Shown: positions 9,112-18,016, counted from the stretch's first letter. The stretch is DNA of 32,000 nucleotides from Alphaproteobacteria bacterium (GCA_017475605.1 JAFVFD010000005.1:240001-272000), one strand, 5' to 3'. The notes: generated by a model not told the origin, from the sequence alone. Numbers and translations are program-made.

Positions 9112-9140
9112 ATTGATTTTCGGGCAAAATGATTTTATAA
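9112..9140 (+). promoter_or_regulatory. Promoter for serS (TTGATT-17-TATAAT)
   Basis: The -35 TTGATT is at 9112-9117, the spacer is 17 nt and the -10 TATAAT is at 9135-9140. The ATG is at 9173. Confidence 0.5.
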
Positions 9141-9172
9141 TTCGCGCATAAATTAACACAAATGGGGACAAG

Positions 9173-10450
9173 ATGATTGATATAAAATATATTCGTGAAA
9201 ATCCAGAAGTTGTAAAAAACGCCTGTGCGGTCAAGGGCTTTGCCGACCACACCGATGAAATATTGGCATTGGACAAACGCGTACGTGAATTGAAAACAAT
9301 TACGCAAACAATGACTGCGGAAAAAAATAAAATCACGCGTGAAATACCAACCGCCGCGGACAAGGCACCACTTATCGCGCGGTCCAAGGAAATTGGAAAC
9401 GAAATCGCGGCCGATATGGCGGAATTGGCGGAAAAAGAGGCCACGCTTAACGAATTATTACATTGTGTTCCACAAATACCAGCGGCCGACGCGCCGGTTG
9501 GTCGCGACGATTCCGAAAATGTCGAGGTTCGCCGCGTTGGCACCCCACGCGAATTTGACTTTACCCCACGCGCACAATGGGATTTGCTGGATATGAATGG
9601 TTGGTGGGCACCAGAAAAGATTGGTGAAATTTGCGGTACCCGTACATATTGTTTAATGGGCGAAGCCGCCGAATTATCATTGGCCATTCAAACATATGTT
9701 ATTCAAAAATTGATTCAAAAGGGATTCCGTTTTGTTGAATGCCCATCAATCACGAAACCGCAAACTATATTTAATGCGGGACACTTTATGGGGTCTGATG
9801 TATCGGTAATGAATAATGATGTATTCATGTTGACGGACACCGACAGATGTTTGGCCGGGACCGCGGAAATCATTTTGAATTCATTACACGCGGACGAAGT
9901 ATTAAATGAAAAAGATTTACCGATTAAATATGCTGGCTTTTCACCATGTTTCCGCAAAGAAGCGGGTGCCGCCGGGCGCGATACGCGGGGGCTGGTCCGT
10001 TTTCATCAGTTTAACAAGGTTGAACAATATATATACTGCACCCCGGAACAATCGGACGAAATGCACGAACATATTTTAAACAACCTGTGCGAAGTAATGG
10101 AAGATTTGGAATTGCCATATCGTGTAATTGCAAATTGCACCGGCGATATGGGATTCAACAAGGTTAAAATGAACGATGTAGAAGCCTGGTTCCCGTCCGA
10201 AAATGCTTATCGTGAATTGGGTTCTTGTTCGTCCATTGGTCAGTTCCAGGCGCGCCGCACAAACACGCGTTTCCGTGCGCACGATGGGTCGTTACAGTTC
10301 TGTGCGACATTGAATAATACAGGTATCGCCCTGCCACGTGCATTGGTGCCTGTTATTGAAAACCACCAAAATGCCGATGGTTCGGTCAATATACCAAAGA
10401 AATTACAAGCACTTATGGGTGGTCGTACAAAAATTGGTGGAAAACATTAA
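9173..10450 (+). CDS. serS: Serine--tRNA ligase
   Basis: 425 aa with an N-terminal coiled-coil tRNA-binding arm and a class II core containing SPCFRKEAGAAGRDTRGLVRFHQFNKVE and NNTGIALPRALVPVIENHQ. Confidence 0.95.
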   Translation: MIDIKYIRENPEVVKNACAVKGFADHTDEILALDKRVRELKTITQTMTAEKNKITREIPTAADKAPLIARSKEIGNEIAADMAELAEKEATLNELLHCVPQIPAADAPVGRDDSENVEVRRVGTPREFDFTPRAQWDLLDMNGWWAPEKIGEICGTRTYCLMGEAAELSLAIQTYVIQKLIQKGFRFVECPSITKPQTIFNAGHFMGSDVSVMNNDVFMLTDTDRCLAGTAEIILNSLHADEVLNEKDLPIKYAGFSPCFRKEAGAAGRDTRGLVRFHQFNKVEQYIYCTPEQSDEMHEHILNNLCEVMEDLELPYRVIANCTGDMGFNKVKMNDVEAWFPSENAYRELGSCSSIGQFQARRTNTRFRAHDGSLQFCATLNNTGIALPRALVPVIENHQNADGSVNIPKKLQALMGGRTKIGGKH

Positions 10451-10454
10451 AAAT

Positions 10455-10485
10455 AAAAATCGCCCGATTGGGCGATTTTTATTTT
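10455..10485. terminator. Bidirectional intrinsic terminator between serS and the orphan gene
   Basis: The hairpin is ATCGCCC-GATT-GGGCGAT (10459-10476). It has A-rich sequence upstream and T5 downstream, between convergent genes. Confidence 0.8.
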
Positions 10486-10931
10486 GTTTTTTGATTTGAT
10501 ATTTTCTGTATCAATTGCTGTGGCGACATTATTGCATACTGTGCGCGCTTGAATACATTTTCAGATATCGTGACATAATATTTTTTCAAACTTTTTTCCA
10601 AACGTTCCTGGTACCACGAATTTGTTGGCGATTTGTAATATTCACAAATATCGCTAAGTACCGCTGTCGCAGCGACATAGACCTTGTTATTAAACTGACC
10701 CGCTTTGGCGCCCTGAATAATCATACCCATAAAATCACCAAAACTGTTATACAATTCATACCATTCTGTATATTTTTTTGGGTCTTGCAACAACAGTCTA
10801 AACCGCGCAATTGCGGTCGCAATTTGTTTTTGTTCGGCCACATCACGCGGTTGACGTGCAACCAGCCAGCGAATCGCCGATTGAAAAAATTCTTTTATAA
10901 CAACTTCATAATCTATCATTTGTTTCATCAT
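10479..10931 (-). CDS. Hypothetical protein (about 150 aa, predicted all-helical), no family recognised
   Basis: I chose the ATG at 10931 (or 10928) because AGGGGG sits immediately upstream. The track start at 10964 would lie upstream of the predicted transcription start. The gene has a consensus promoter upstream and a terminator downstream. Confidence 0.6.
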   Translation of the reverse strand: MMKQMIDYEVVIKEFFQSAIRWLVARQPRDVAEQKQIATAIARFRLLLQDPKKYTEWYELYNSFGDFMGMIIQGAKAGQFNNKVYVAATAVLSDICEYYKSPTNSWYQERLEKSLKKYYVTISENVFKRAQYAIMSPQQLIQKISNQKTK

Positions 10932-10953
10932 ATGCCCCCTTATTCTCACTATA

Positions 10954-10981
10954 ATTATAGACAAAATATGCCAAATGTCAA
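10954..10981 (-). promoter_or_regulatory. Consensus sigma-70 promoter (TTGACA-16-TATAAT) for the orphan gene
   Basis: On the minus strand, TTGACA is at 10981-10976, the spacer is 16 nt and TATAAT is at 10959-10954. An A7 tract abuts the -35 on its upstream side, resembling a UP element. Confidence 0.65.
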
Positions 10982-11006
10982 TTTTTTTACAAAAAAATGT
11001 TCTATA

Positions 11007-11035
11007 TTGTTGAAAATCGTGAAAAATGGTATACT
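11007..11035 (+). promoter_or_regulatory. Promoter for typA (TTGTTG-17-TGgTATACT, extended -10)
   Basis: The -35 TTGTTG is at 11007-11012 and the -10 TATACT at 11030-11035 is preceded by TGG. The ribosome-binding site AAGGGG lies before the ATG at 11073. Confidence 0.45.
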
Positions 11036-11072
11036 CTATACCCGATTTATGTAAAAATTAAGGGGCATTGAT

Positions 11073-12911
11073 ATGAAGATTCGCAATATCGCAATCATCG
11101 CACACGTTGACCATGGAAAAACGACACTGGTTGACAACATGTTGAAACAAGCCGGAACTTTTCGTGAAAACGAAAAGGTTGAAGATCGTGTCATGGACAG
11201 TGGCGATATTGAACGCGAACGCGGCATTACAATTTCCGCAAAACCCACATCTATCCAATGGGGCGAATATAAAATCAACATTGTTGATACACCGGGACAC
11301 GCCGACTTTGGTGGCGAAGTGGAACGTATTTTATCCATGGTTGATGGTGTGGTGTTGTTGGTTGATGCCGCCGAAGGACCCCTGCCCCAGACCAAGTTTG
11401 TGTTGGGCAAGGCATTAAAACTGGGGCTGCGCCCGATTGTGTGTATTAACAAGGTTGACCGCAGTGATGCCCGCCCGGACGAAGTTTTAAGCGAAACATT
11501 TGATTTGTTTGATAAATTGGGTGCGACCGATTCCCAACTTGATTTCCCATATCTGTATTCCGTTGGGCGCGATGGTTGGGCGGTACGCAACCTGAACGAT
11601 GAACACAAAGATTTAACCCCACTGTTCCAATTAATTGTAGATCATGTGCCGGCACCTGATTGTAACGGGACCCGTTGCCAATTAGATGCCCCCTTTTCAA
11701 TGTTGGCAACCACATTGGAGGCAGACCCCTATGTCGGCCGTATTTTAACAGGCAAGGTGGAATCAGGTACTGTCCGTGTGGGACAATCGGTCAAGGCTAT
11801 TAACAGAAATGGCGAATTTATTGAAAACGCAAAAATCACAAAAATTATTGAACACCGCGGTGTTGAAAAGATTTCACGCGAATCTGCATCGGCGGGCGAC
11901 ATTATCGTTGTGGCTGGTTTTAGTAAAGCGACTGTGGCGGACACCCTGTGCGACCCATCGGTTACCGAACCAATTCCGGCTATGCCAATTGACCCACCAA
12001 CCCTTACCATGACATTTTTTGTTAACACATCACCGTTGGCTGGTAAATCTGGTAAAAAATTAACATCGCGTATGATTGGCGAACGTTTGTTCCGCGAAGC
12101 CGAAACAAACATCGCATTAAAGGTTACACAAAGTGCCAACAATGAAAGTTTTGAAGTTTCCGGTCGTGGCGAATTACAGTTGGGTATTTTAATTGAAACA
12201 ATGCGCCGCGAAGGTTTCGAATTATCTGTATCCCGTCCGCGCGTTGTTATGCAGACCGGACCGAACGGCGAAAAATTGGAACCAATCGAAGAAGTCGTTA
12301 TTGATGTGGACGATGAGTTTTCCGGTGTTGTTATTGAAAAGATGACCAAACGCAAAGCCACAATTACAGAAATGAAGGCATCAGGTGCCGGCAAAACACG
12401 TATCGTCTTTTCCGCCCCATCGCGTGGGTTAATTGGGTATCTGTCTGAATTCCGTACCGACACACGTGGCACCGGCATTATGAACCGCGTATTTGATAAA
12501 TACGACGAATACCGCGGCCCAATTTCACAATATCGTCCAGGGGTGCTTGTTTCCATGGAGGCTGGATCTGCTGCTACATACGCACTGCACAATTTGGAAC
12601 CACGCGGTACATTGTTCATTGGCCCACAAACCGAGGTTTATTCTGGTATGATTATCGGTGAACATTCCAAAGAAAATGATATCGAAGTTAACCCGGTCAA
12701 GGGAAAACAATTAACAAATGTTCGTTCGGTTACTGCGGATGAAAAGTTATTCCTGGCCCCTCCGCGCAAAATGAGTCTGGAAGAAGCCTTGTCATACATT
12801 CAAGATGATGAATTGGTAGAGGTTACACCTGCTGTAATCCGCCTGCGCAAAAAGGAACTGGACAGCGGTAAACGCAAGAAAGCATATCGCTTTGCCGAAA
12901 CAGACGATTAA
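11073..12911 (+). CDS. typA: Translational GTPase TypA/BipA
   Basis: 612 aa with G motifs AHVDHGKTT, DTPGH and NKVD. It has an EF-G-like domain order and the BipA-specific C-terminal domain. Confidence 0.95.
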   Translation: MKIRNIAIIAHVDHGKTTLVDNMLKQAGTFRENEKVEDRVMDSGDIERERGITISAKPTSIQWGEYKINIVDTPGHADFGGEVERILSMVDGVVLLVDAAEGPLPQTKFVLGKALKLGLRPIVCINKVDRSDARPDEVLSETFDLFDKLGATDSQLDFPYLYSVGRDGWAVRNLNDEHKDLTPLFQLIVDHVPAPDCNGTRCQLDAPFSMLATTLEADPYVGRILTGKVESGTVRVGQSVKAINRNGEFIENAKITKIIEHRGVEKISRESASAGDIIVVAGFSKATVADTLCDPSVTEPIPAMPIDPPTLTMTFFVNTSPLAGKSGKKLTSRMIGERLFREAETNIALKVTQSANNESFEVSGRGELQLGILIETMRREGFELSVSRPRVVMQTGPNGEKLEPIEEVVIDVDDEFSGVVIEKMTKRKATITEMKASGAGKTRIVFSAPSRGLIGYLSEFRTDTRGTGIMNRVFDKYDEYRGPISQYRPGVLVSMEAGSAATYALHNLEPRGTLFIGPQTEVYSGMIIGEHSKENDIEVNPVKGKQLTNVRSVTADEKLFLAPPRKMSLEEALSYIQDDELVEVTPAVIRLRKKELDSGKRKKAYRFAETDD

Positions 12912-12916
12912 AACAC

Positions 12917-12941
12917 ACCGCCCACATGGGCGGTATTTTAT
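12917..12941 (+). terminator. Intrinsic terminator after typA
   Basis: The hairpin ACCGCCC-ACAT-GGGCGGT (12917-12934) is followed by ATTTTATT. Confidence 0.75.
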
Positions 12942-12997
12942 TGAAACACAAACCATTCTTTATTATCCTTGTCTTATAAAAAGCAAAGGATGTATTG

Positions 12998-14209
12998 ATG
13001 CCCGAAATTACACCATTTAAAATATACAGCGATAATAAAAATATAAAGTATTCCAACAAAATAATTAATCAGATAAAAATCACATCAAACGCAAGTGTGA
13101 TATCTGTGGACAACCCAACCATTGTTGTTGATACAAAAACAATCGCATACGGTGTTTTTGACAGCAACGGTAAATTTGTAAAACAATCTTTACAATATCG
13201 CGGCAAAAATCATCAATTTATACCAAAATCTGTTCCACACGATGCGCCATATATTGATTCTGTTGCTGTTCTGGTTGGAAACATATACCCACACTTTGGA
13301 CACTTTTTGGTGGAACAAATGAATCGCCTTTTTGGCGCAATCAATCAACCACGCGATATTAAATACATATTTATGGACAACCGCGGAATCGGCGCACAAA
13401 ACTTTGTTTATGAATTTATGGCGGCATTTGGGGTTGATAAAAACGATATTATAATTTTGAACAAATCGGCAAGATTTAAAAAATTATATATACCATCACA
13501 AACCCTTAATATCAAAAACGCAATCATTGATAACCAGATGCCGTTGGGATATCAAAAAATGGCACAAAACACCACCGGGGGTGGATACGATCGGGTATAT
13601 ATGTCGCGTGCCAAATTGCCACAAACTATTCGTACAATCGGCGAAGAAAAAATTCAAAAAATTTTTGAAAAAAATGGATATAAAATCATTTACCCGGAAC
13701 AAATGAGCATCGCCGAACAAATCGCCGCTGTGCGCGATGCCAGATATTTGGCGGGATGTGCGGGCACCGCATTACACTGGGCGTTTTTTATGAAACCAGG
13801 CGGAACCGTTATAACATTAAAACGAAATTTGGAACGTGATAAGTTTGTTCAAACCCAACATATGTTTAATTCTGTATGCGGGCTGAAATCGATTTTTGTG
13901 TGGGCATCTGTTGAACCACATAAATCAAACCATGGTGGCAAACACCCACCACAAATCATTGGTGCGACCCAATACATAAAACAATTCTTTGATGATTTCG
14001 GTTTTAAATACACAAATTCAGACATCGCAATTGATAATGACGCTATGAAAGAATACCAGGAACAATATGAAAAATACATTTCCGAAAACGGCAGTACCAT
14101 TCGCACAAAAATCTTAAAACACATGGTTAAAATTATATCGTGCTTTATTCCGGGACGCATTAATCGTAATCGGGCAAGGAAATGGCTTAAATCTAAATTA
14201 CACATTTAA
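12998..14209 (+). CDS. Glycosyltransferase, GT61 / DUF563-like
   Basis: The N-terminal half has IYPHFGHFLVEQMNRL. The C-terminal half has RVYMSR...IGEEKIQKIFEKNGYKIIYPEQMSIAEQIAAVRDARYLAGCAGTALHWAFFMKPGGTVI, the DUF563 pattern (R.Y.SR, NE.E, PE.LS..EQI, G.HG..L). The ATG at 12998 has AAAGGA 7 nt upstream; the track start at 12995 is TTG. Confidence 0.7.
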   Translation: MPEITPFKIYSDNKNIKYSNKIINQIKITSNASVISVDNPTIVVDTKTIAYGVFDSNGKFVKQSLQYRGKNHQFIPKSVPHDAPYIDSVAVLVGNIYPHFGHFLVEQMNRLFGAINQPRDIKYIFMDNRGIGAQNFVYEFMAAFGVDKNDIIILNKSARFKKLYIPSQTLNIKNAIIDNQMPLGYQKMAQNTTGGGYDRVYMSRAKLPQTIRTIGEEKIQKIFEKNGYKIIYPEQMSIAEQIAAVRDARYLAGCAGTALHWAFFMKPGGTVITLKRNLERDKFVQTQHMFNSVCGLKSIFVWASVEPHKSNHGGKHPPQIIGATQYIKQFFDDFGFKYTNSDIAIDNDAMKEYQEQYEKYISENGSTIRTKILKHMVKIISCFIPGRINRNRARKWLKSKLHI

Positions 14210-14258
14210 CACATTGCAATAACAAAACTTGTTTTGTAAAATAACAACAGGAAGATAT

Positions 14259-15104
14259 ATGACAAAACGTTTATTTTTATTCGCGGGCTATAACAAAAAT
14301 GGAATCGTTGATGATTCGCTGTTGTTGTATGTGCGTGCCATATCAAAATATGGCGATATTGTTTTGTATATAGATTCAGATTGTCCAAAATCAGAATTAC
14401 AAAAGTTAAAACCGTATGTTTTACATGCTGCCGCGGTGCGCCATGGGGAATACGACTTTGGATCATATAAAAGATGCTTCCTTTGGGCGCGCGATAAAAA
14501 GATATTAAGCAATTATGATTTTGTATATTTGATAAATGATTCTGTGTTCGGACCATTAATTAACATTCGCAAAACGATACACGATATCGAAAACATAAAT
14601 ACAGATGCCGCCGGTATTGTTATGACAACACACAAAACCCATGCCTATATGGAATCGTGGTTTGTTCGACTGAACCCGGCCATATTTAGCCAAGATTGGT
14701 TTAACGAATTTATGTCTTCCGTTACCATACAACCAAGCAAGGCACGTATTACAATCGCATACGAACATGGTTTATCCAAATTGATATCTGATAATGGATG
14801 TTCATGGGGTGGTATATATAAATGCCGCGGACGATTTACATATAACAAACCGATAAAGTTATTTAAATGGGGCTGTCCATTTGTTAAAAAGGCATCTTTC
14901 ATTCGCCATAACGGTGCCGCCGGCGCACAAATAAAATATATATTGTCGCACTGTGATGTGGTGGCGCGTCGTGCGATTATAAAATCTGCGAACGAATTGT
15001 ATGGCGAAAAATATATGAATTGGTTGTTAACATACAATCCGTTAAAAATTATGTATCGAAACATACGATATGGATTAAAAAAATTAAGGGACGGCGGAAT
15101 ATGA
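14259..15104 (+). CDS. Rhamnan-synthesis-protein-F (RgpF)-like polysaccharide biosynthesis protein, single-domain form
   Basis: The sequence LFLFAGYNKNGIVDDSLLLYVRAIS...RHGEYDFGSYKRCF...YDFVYLINDSVFGP matches the pattern I recall for RgpF-family LPS/EPS proteins. The ATG at 14259 is preceded by AGGAAG. Confidence 0.55.
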   Translation: MTKRLFLFAGYNKNGIVDDSLLLYVRAISKYGDIVLYIDSDCPKSELQKLKPYVLHAAAVRHGEYDFGSYKRCFLWARDKKILSNYDFVYLINDSVFGPLINIRKTIHDIENINTDAAGIVMTTHKTHAYMESWFVRLNPAIFSQDWFNEFMSSVTIQPSKARITIAYEHGLSKLISDNGCSWGGIYKCRGRFTYNKPIKLFKWGCPFVKKASFIRHNGAAGAQIKYILSHCDVVARRAIIKSANELYGEKYMNWLLTYNPLKIMYRNIRYGLKKLRDGGI

Positions 15105-15940
15105 TAAAGAAAACCAAGCGAATTGCTGCAATCACCATGGCGCGTGATGATGAATTTTTTCTGTCGCGATGGATTGCATATTATGGAAAACAACTGGGGA
15201 CGGAAAACCTGTATATAATACTTGATGGTACGGACCAAAAAACACCGCTTAATGCCGGCAACGCACATATAATAAAATTACCGCATATACCTATGTCGCG
15301 CGCCGCTGGCGATAAATATCGAATTGGTAAAATATCCGCACTGGCACACGAATTATTAAAATCATACGATATTGTGATTGGGTGCGATTCTGATGAATTT
15401 TTAATTGTGGATCCAAACACAAAAAAAACATTGGCTGAATATTTATCGGAAATTAATATCAAAACAACTGTATCTGGGTTGGGACTGGATATCGGGCAAC
15501 ACATGGAATTGGAACGTCCGCTTGATACCGATATGGCATTGTTGGAACAACGCGAATATGCCCTGCTGTCCACGCGCTATACAAAACCTGTTGTTATAAA
15601 TCGCCCAGTAAATTGGGGCAGCGGTTTTCACAGCATAAAAAATCACAATTTCCATATTGACCCCAATTTATATTTATTACACTTTGGTGCGGTTGATATG
15701 AATATGTTAATTAAAAAGGCGGAATCGCGTGGGGCGGATTGGGTAAATCACCTGCGTCGGCGCGGCAACGGAACAATTAACGCGGTAACAAAACTTACCC
15801 CAAAACCTGAAAAATATTTGCGCCGCGCACGCATCATGCAACGAATATTCCGACCAATCTATGCGTTTGACAAACCGGGCATGCTGGGGCTAAAACGCGT
15901 GGTAAAAATACCACAACGGTTTATTAAATCGGGGGTATAG
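15101..15940 (+). CDS. GT-A fold glycosyltransferase (Glyco_tranf_2_4 / GT92-like)
   Basis: The sequence IAAITMARDDEFFLSRWIAYYGKQLGTENLYIILDGTDQ is followed by the DxD-type motif CDSDEF. The start overlaps the previous stop as ATGA (15101-15104). Confidence 0.65.
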   Translation: MIKKTKRIAAITMARDDEFFLSRWIAYYGKQLGTENLYIILDGTDQKTPLNAGNAHIIKLPHIPMSRAAGDKYRIGKISALAHELLKSYDIVIGCDSDEFLIVDPNTKKTLAEYLSEINIKTTVSGLGLDIGQHMELERPLDTDMALLEQREYALLSTRYTKPVVINRPVNWGSGFHSIKNHNFHIDPNLYLLHFGAVDMNMLIKKAESRGADWVNHLRRRGNGTINAVTKLTPKPEKYLRRARIMQRIFRPIYAFDKPGMLGLKRVVKIPQRFIKSGV

Positions 15941-15942
15941 AT

Positions 15943-16953
15943 ATGAAAGATAAAATCGATATTGTTTATTTATGGGTTGATGATACCGATGAAAATTGGC
16001 GCGCCGAAAAAGACAAATGGTTACAAAAAATAACAGGCCGCGTACCAATGGCGCGTGATTCTGTGGCAACCGAACGATTCCGCGATAACGGCGAATTGCT
16101 GTATTCGTTTCGTTCCGTTGCGGAATGTGCGCCATGGGTAAATCATATTTATTTAATCACTGGTTTTGGTCATGTACCAAAGTGGCTAAACACCAATCAC
16201 CCAAAGATAACCATTGTTCCACATGAACAAATTATGCCCAAAAATGCATTGCCTACATTTAATGCATCAGCAATAGATATGTGTATTCCGAACATTCCGG
16301 GGCTATCTGAACATTTTATTTTGATGAATGATGATACATTTTTTAATAAAAAATTATCGCCATCATTTTTCTTTGACGCACGCGGTCGCGCCATGTTTCG
16401 CTATTCAAAAAATTCGTATGACGACAGTATTCCATTTGCGCAATGGAAATCAACCCTGGACGGATACACCCAGACATTGGCACTGTCCGCGAAATACATT
16501 GACGACATGTTTGGTAAAAAGATGTATAACATGCGCCCGTCGCACGGAATTGACCCATATATAAAATCATCATGGATTGAATGCCGAAATCATCCAATGT
16601 TAAAAGAACAAATAGATTCACAAATTAAAAACAAATTCCGCACCAACGATGAAATTCAACGTTGGACAATGAACATGTATGATTATGTGATGGGACGTGC
16701 TGTATTTCAACACGCACGCGCGAAAAAACATGGTCGCCACAAAGTATTAAATGCGATATATAATTTTATTCACTGGTTTGAAATAAAAAAATCAAATGTA
16801 TATGTTTCCAATGTTGTTGGCAAAGAACAGGTCCTTTTGTCTGCGCCTACATTTTGTATAAATGATGGACCGGAAAACGACAACAACACACTGCGTAAAA
16901 ATCGTGAATTTTTGGAAAAACGTTTCCCAAATAAATCTGAATTTGAAAAATAA
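15943..16953 (+). CDS. Stealth-family protein (hexose-1-phosphate transferase type)
   Basis: All four Stealth conserved regions are readable. CR1 is DIVYLWVDDTDENW. CR2 is RFRDNGELLYSFRSVAECAPWVNHIYLIT...LPTFNASAIDM...GLSEHFILMNDDTFF. CR3 is RPSHGIDPY. CR4 is TFCINDGPEN. Confidence 0.85.
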   Translation: MKDKIDIVYLWVDDTDENWRAEKDKWLQKITGRVPMARDSVATERFRDNGELLYSFRSVAECAPWVNHIYLITGFGHVPKWLNTNHPKITIVPHEQIMPKNALPTFNASAIDMCIPNIPGLSEHFILMNDDTFFNKKLSPSFFFDARGRAMFRYSKNSYDDSIPFAQWKSTLDGYTQTLALSAKYIDDMFGKKMYNMRPSHGIDPYIKSSWIECRNHPMLKEQIDSQIKNKFRTNDEIQRWTMNMYDYVMGRAVFQHARAKKHGRHKVLNAIYNFIHWFEIKKSNVYVSNVVGKEQVLLSAPTFCINDGPENDNNTLRKNREFLEKRFPNKSEFEK

Positions 16954-16980
16954 AAACCGCCCAAACGGGCGGTTTTTATT
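16952..16980. terminator. Bidirectional intrinsic terminator shared by the convergent halves of the glycan block
   Basis: The hairpin is AAAAACCGCCC-AAAC-GGGCGGTTTTT (16952-16977). It touches both stop codons (16951-16953 and 16976-16978). Confidence 0.85.
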
Positions 16981-18001
16981 TTTCTGATTCCCCACACGCA
17001 AATCGTATAAGGTTATTCTTCATTTCACACCATTCGCATGTCGGGCATTCCAATGCTCCCGACCGAACCAGTTTCCGCATACAATCACGCGCACCTGCGA
17101 TATCGGCATCGGTTTTCATATAGCGCACCTTGCGATAAGCCCAATTCACAAAATACCACATAAAATTATCTGCCCACATTTTCATCTGATACGGTGTCGC
17201 CTTGTCGCGATATACTGCATAGGCCGTTTCAATTCCGACACACAAACTTTGCATAATGCGCAACTGTTTTGCCGCCAACACAATACCATTAAAGTTCGGA
17301 ATATAAAAATACAACGGCAACGGCATAATCGTAACACGTGGATTTTTCAACATAACCACACTCCACCAGGGGAAATCTTCAAACAAAATACCCTTGATAA
17401 ACGGAATGTCCGCAATCAGTTCGCGACGATACATATTTTTCCAAACCTGACAATGCTTAATCAGCCATTTGCGTTTTGGGTTAAACATGTTATGTGTGCG
17501 TTCGGTCGCATATTTATAAACATCATCTGTTATAAGTGTCTTTACATGTGCCGGGTTGTATTTTTTATGTAATCTGCGCGGCACAACATTATCAGTATCC
17601 AAATGTAAAAAATGCCGAACCATCAATTGCGGACGATATGCCCTGTCATATGTGAACGACACAATATCGGAATCATCACGCATCGCCATATAATATGCCA
17701 ATTCCATTGTTTGCGGATGAATAAAATCATCACTGTCCAGGTACATGATATATTTTCCAGTGGCAACCGGAAAACCCGCATTACGCGCATCCGACAGTCC
17801 ACCGTTTTCCTTGTTTACAATCTTGAAACGCTTGTCCCGCGCCGCATATTCAGCCAATATTTTATCAGAATTGTCTGGTGAACCATCGTTGACACAAATT
17901 GCTTCCCAGTCTGTAAAGGTCTGATTCAAAACACTGTCCAGACAACGACGCAAATATTTTTCAACATTATATACCGGTATTATTATTGATATTGCTGGCA
18001 T
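16976..18001 (-). CDS. Glycosyltransferase family 2
   Basis: The N-terminus ISIIIPVYNVEKYLRRCLDSVLNQTFTDWEAICVNDGSPDNS, then YIMYLDSDDF, is the classic GT2 (GT-A, DxD) pattern. I prefer the ATG at 18001 because GGGGGAA lies just upstream; the track start is 18013. Confidence 0.9.
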   Translation of the reverse strand: MPAISIIIPVYNVEKYLRRCLDSVLNQTFTDWEAICVNDGSPDNSDKILAEYAARDKRFKIVNKENGGLSDARNAGFPVATGKYIMYLDSDDFIHPQTMELAYYMAMRDDSDIVSFTYDRAYRPQLMVRHFLHLDTDNVVPRRLHKKYNPAHVKTLITDDVYKYATERTHNMFNPKRKWLIKHCQVWKNMYRRELIADIPFIKGILFEDFPWWSVVMLKNPRVTIMPLPLYFYIPNFNGIVLAAKQLRIMQSLCVGIETAYAVYRDKATPYQMKMWADNFMWYFVNWAYRKVRYMKTDADIAGARDCMRKLVRSGALECPTCEWCEMKNNLIRFACGESEK

Positions 18002-18016
18002 ATATTCCCCCATGTT

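Noticed and set aside
9097-9687. A 196-aa minus-strand ORF antisense to serS. Similar cases are 7183-7707 (antisense to the J-domain and S51 genes), 2580-3161 and 3702-4109 (antisense to mutL), 14645-15268 and 15181-15573 (antisense to the glycosyltransferases), 25684-26124 (antisense to yebC), 26882-27325 and 29998-30411.
   Set aside because: Each overlaps a confidently identified gene on the other strand. The translations are compositionally odd and I see no ribosome-binding site or promoter. I treat them as shadow ORFs.
11729-12619. A 296-aa minus-strand ORF, the longest unexplained ORF in the track, plus the 190-aa ORF at 11036-11608.
   Set aside because: Both lie entirely antisense to typA, whose identity is unambiguous. 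Their products are low-complexity (S/P/R/T-rich) with no start context. They are typical shadow ORFs.
14222-14237. The A/T-only palindrome ACAAAACTTGTTTTGT between the GT61-like and RgpF-like genes, and the ATAAAACA...TGTTTTAT repeat at 25480-25512.
   Set aside because: Pure A/T stems of this size are expected by chance in AT-rich intergenic DNA. There is no flanking U-tract or known operator consensus.
15421-15428. An A8 homopolymer inside the GT-A glycosyltransferase gene, and A7 tracts right after the lipoprotein and recA start codons, considered as candidate slipped-strand phase-variation sites.
   Set aside because: The tracts are short compared with documented phase-variable repeats. 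They encode ordinary Lys runs in an AT-rich background, and one is in recA, which argues they arise by chance.
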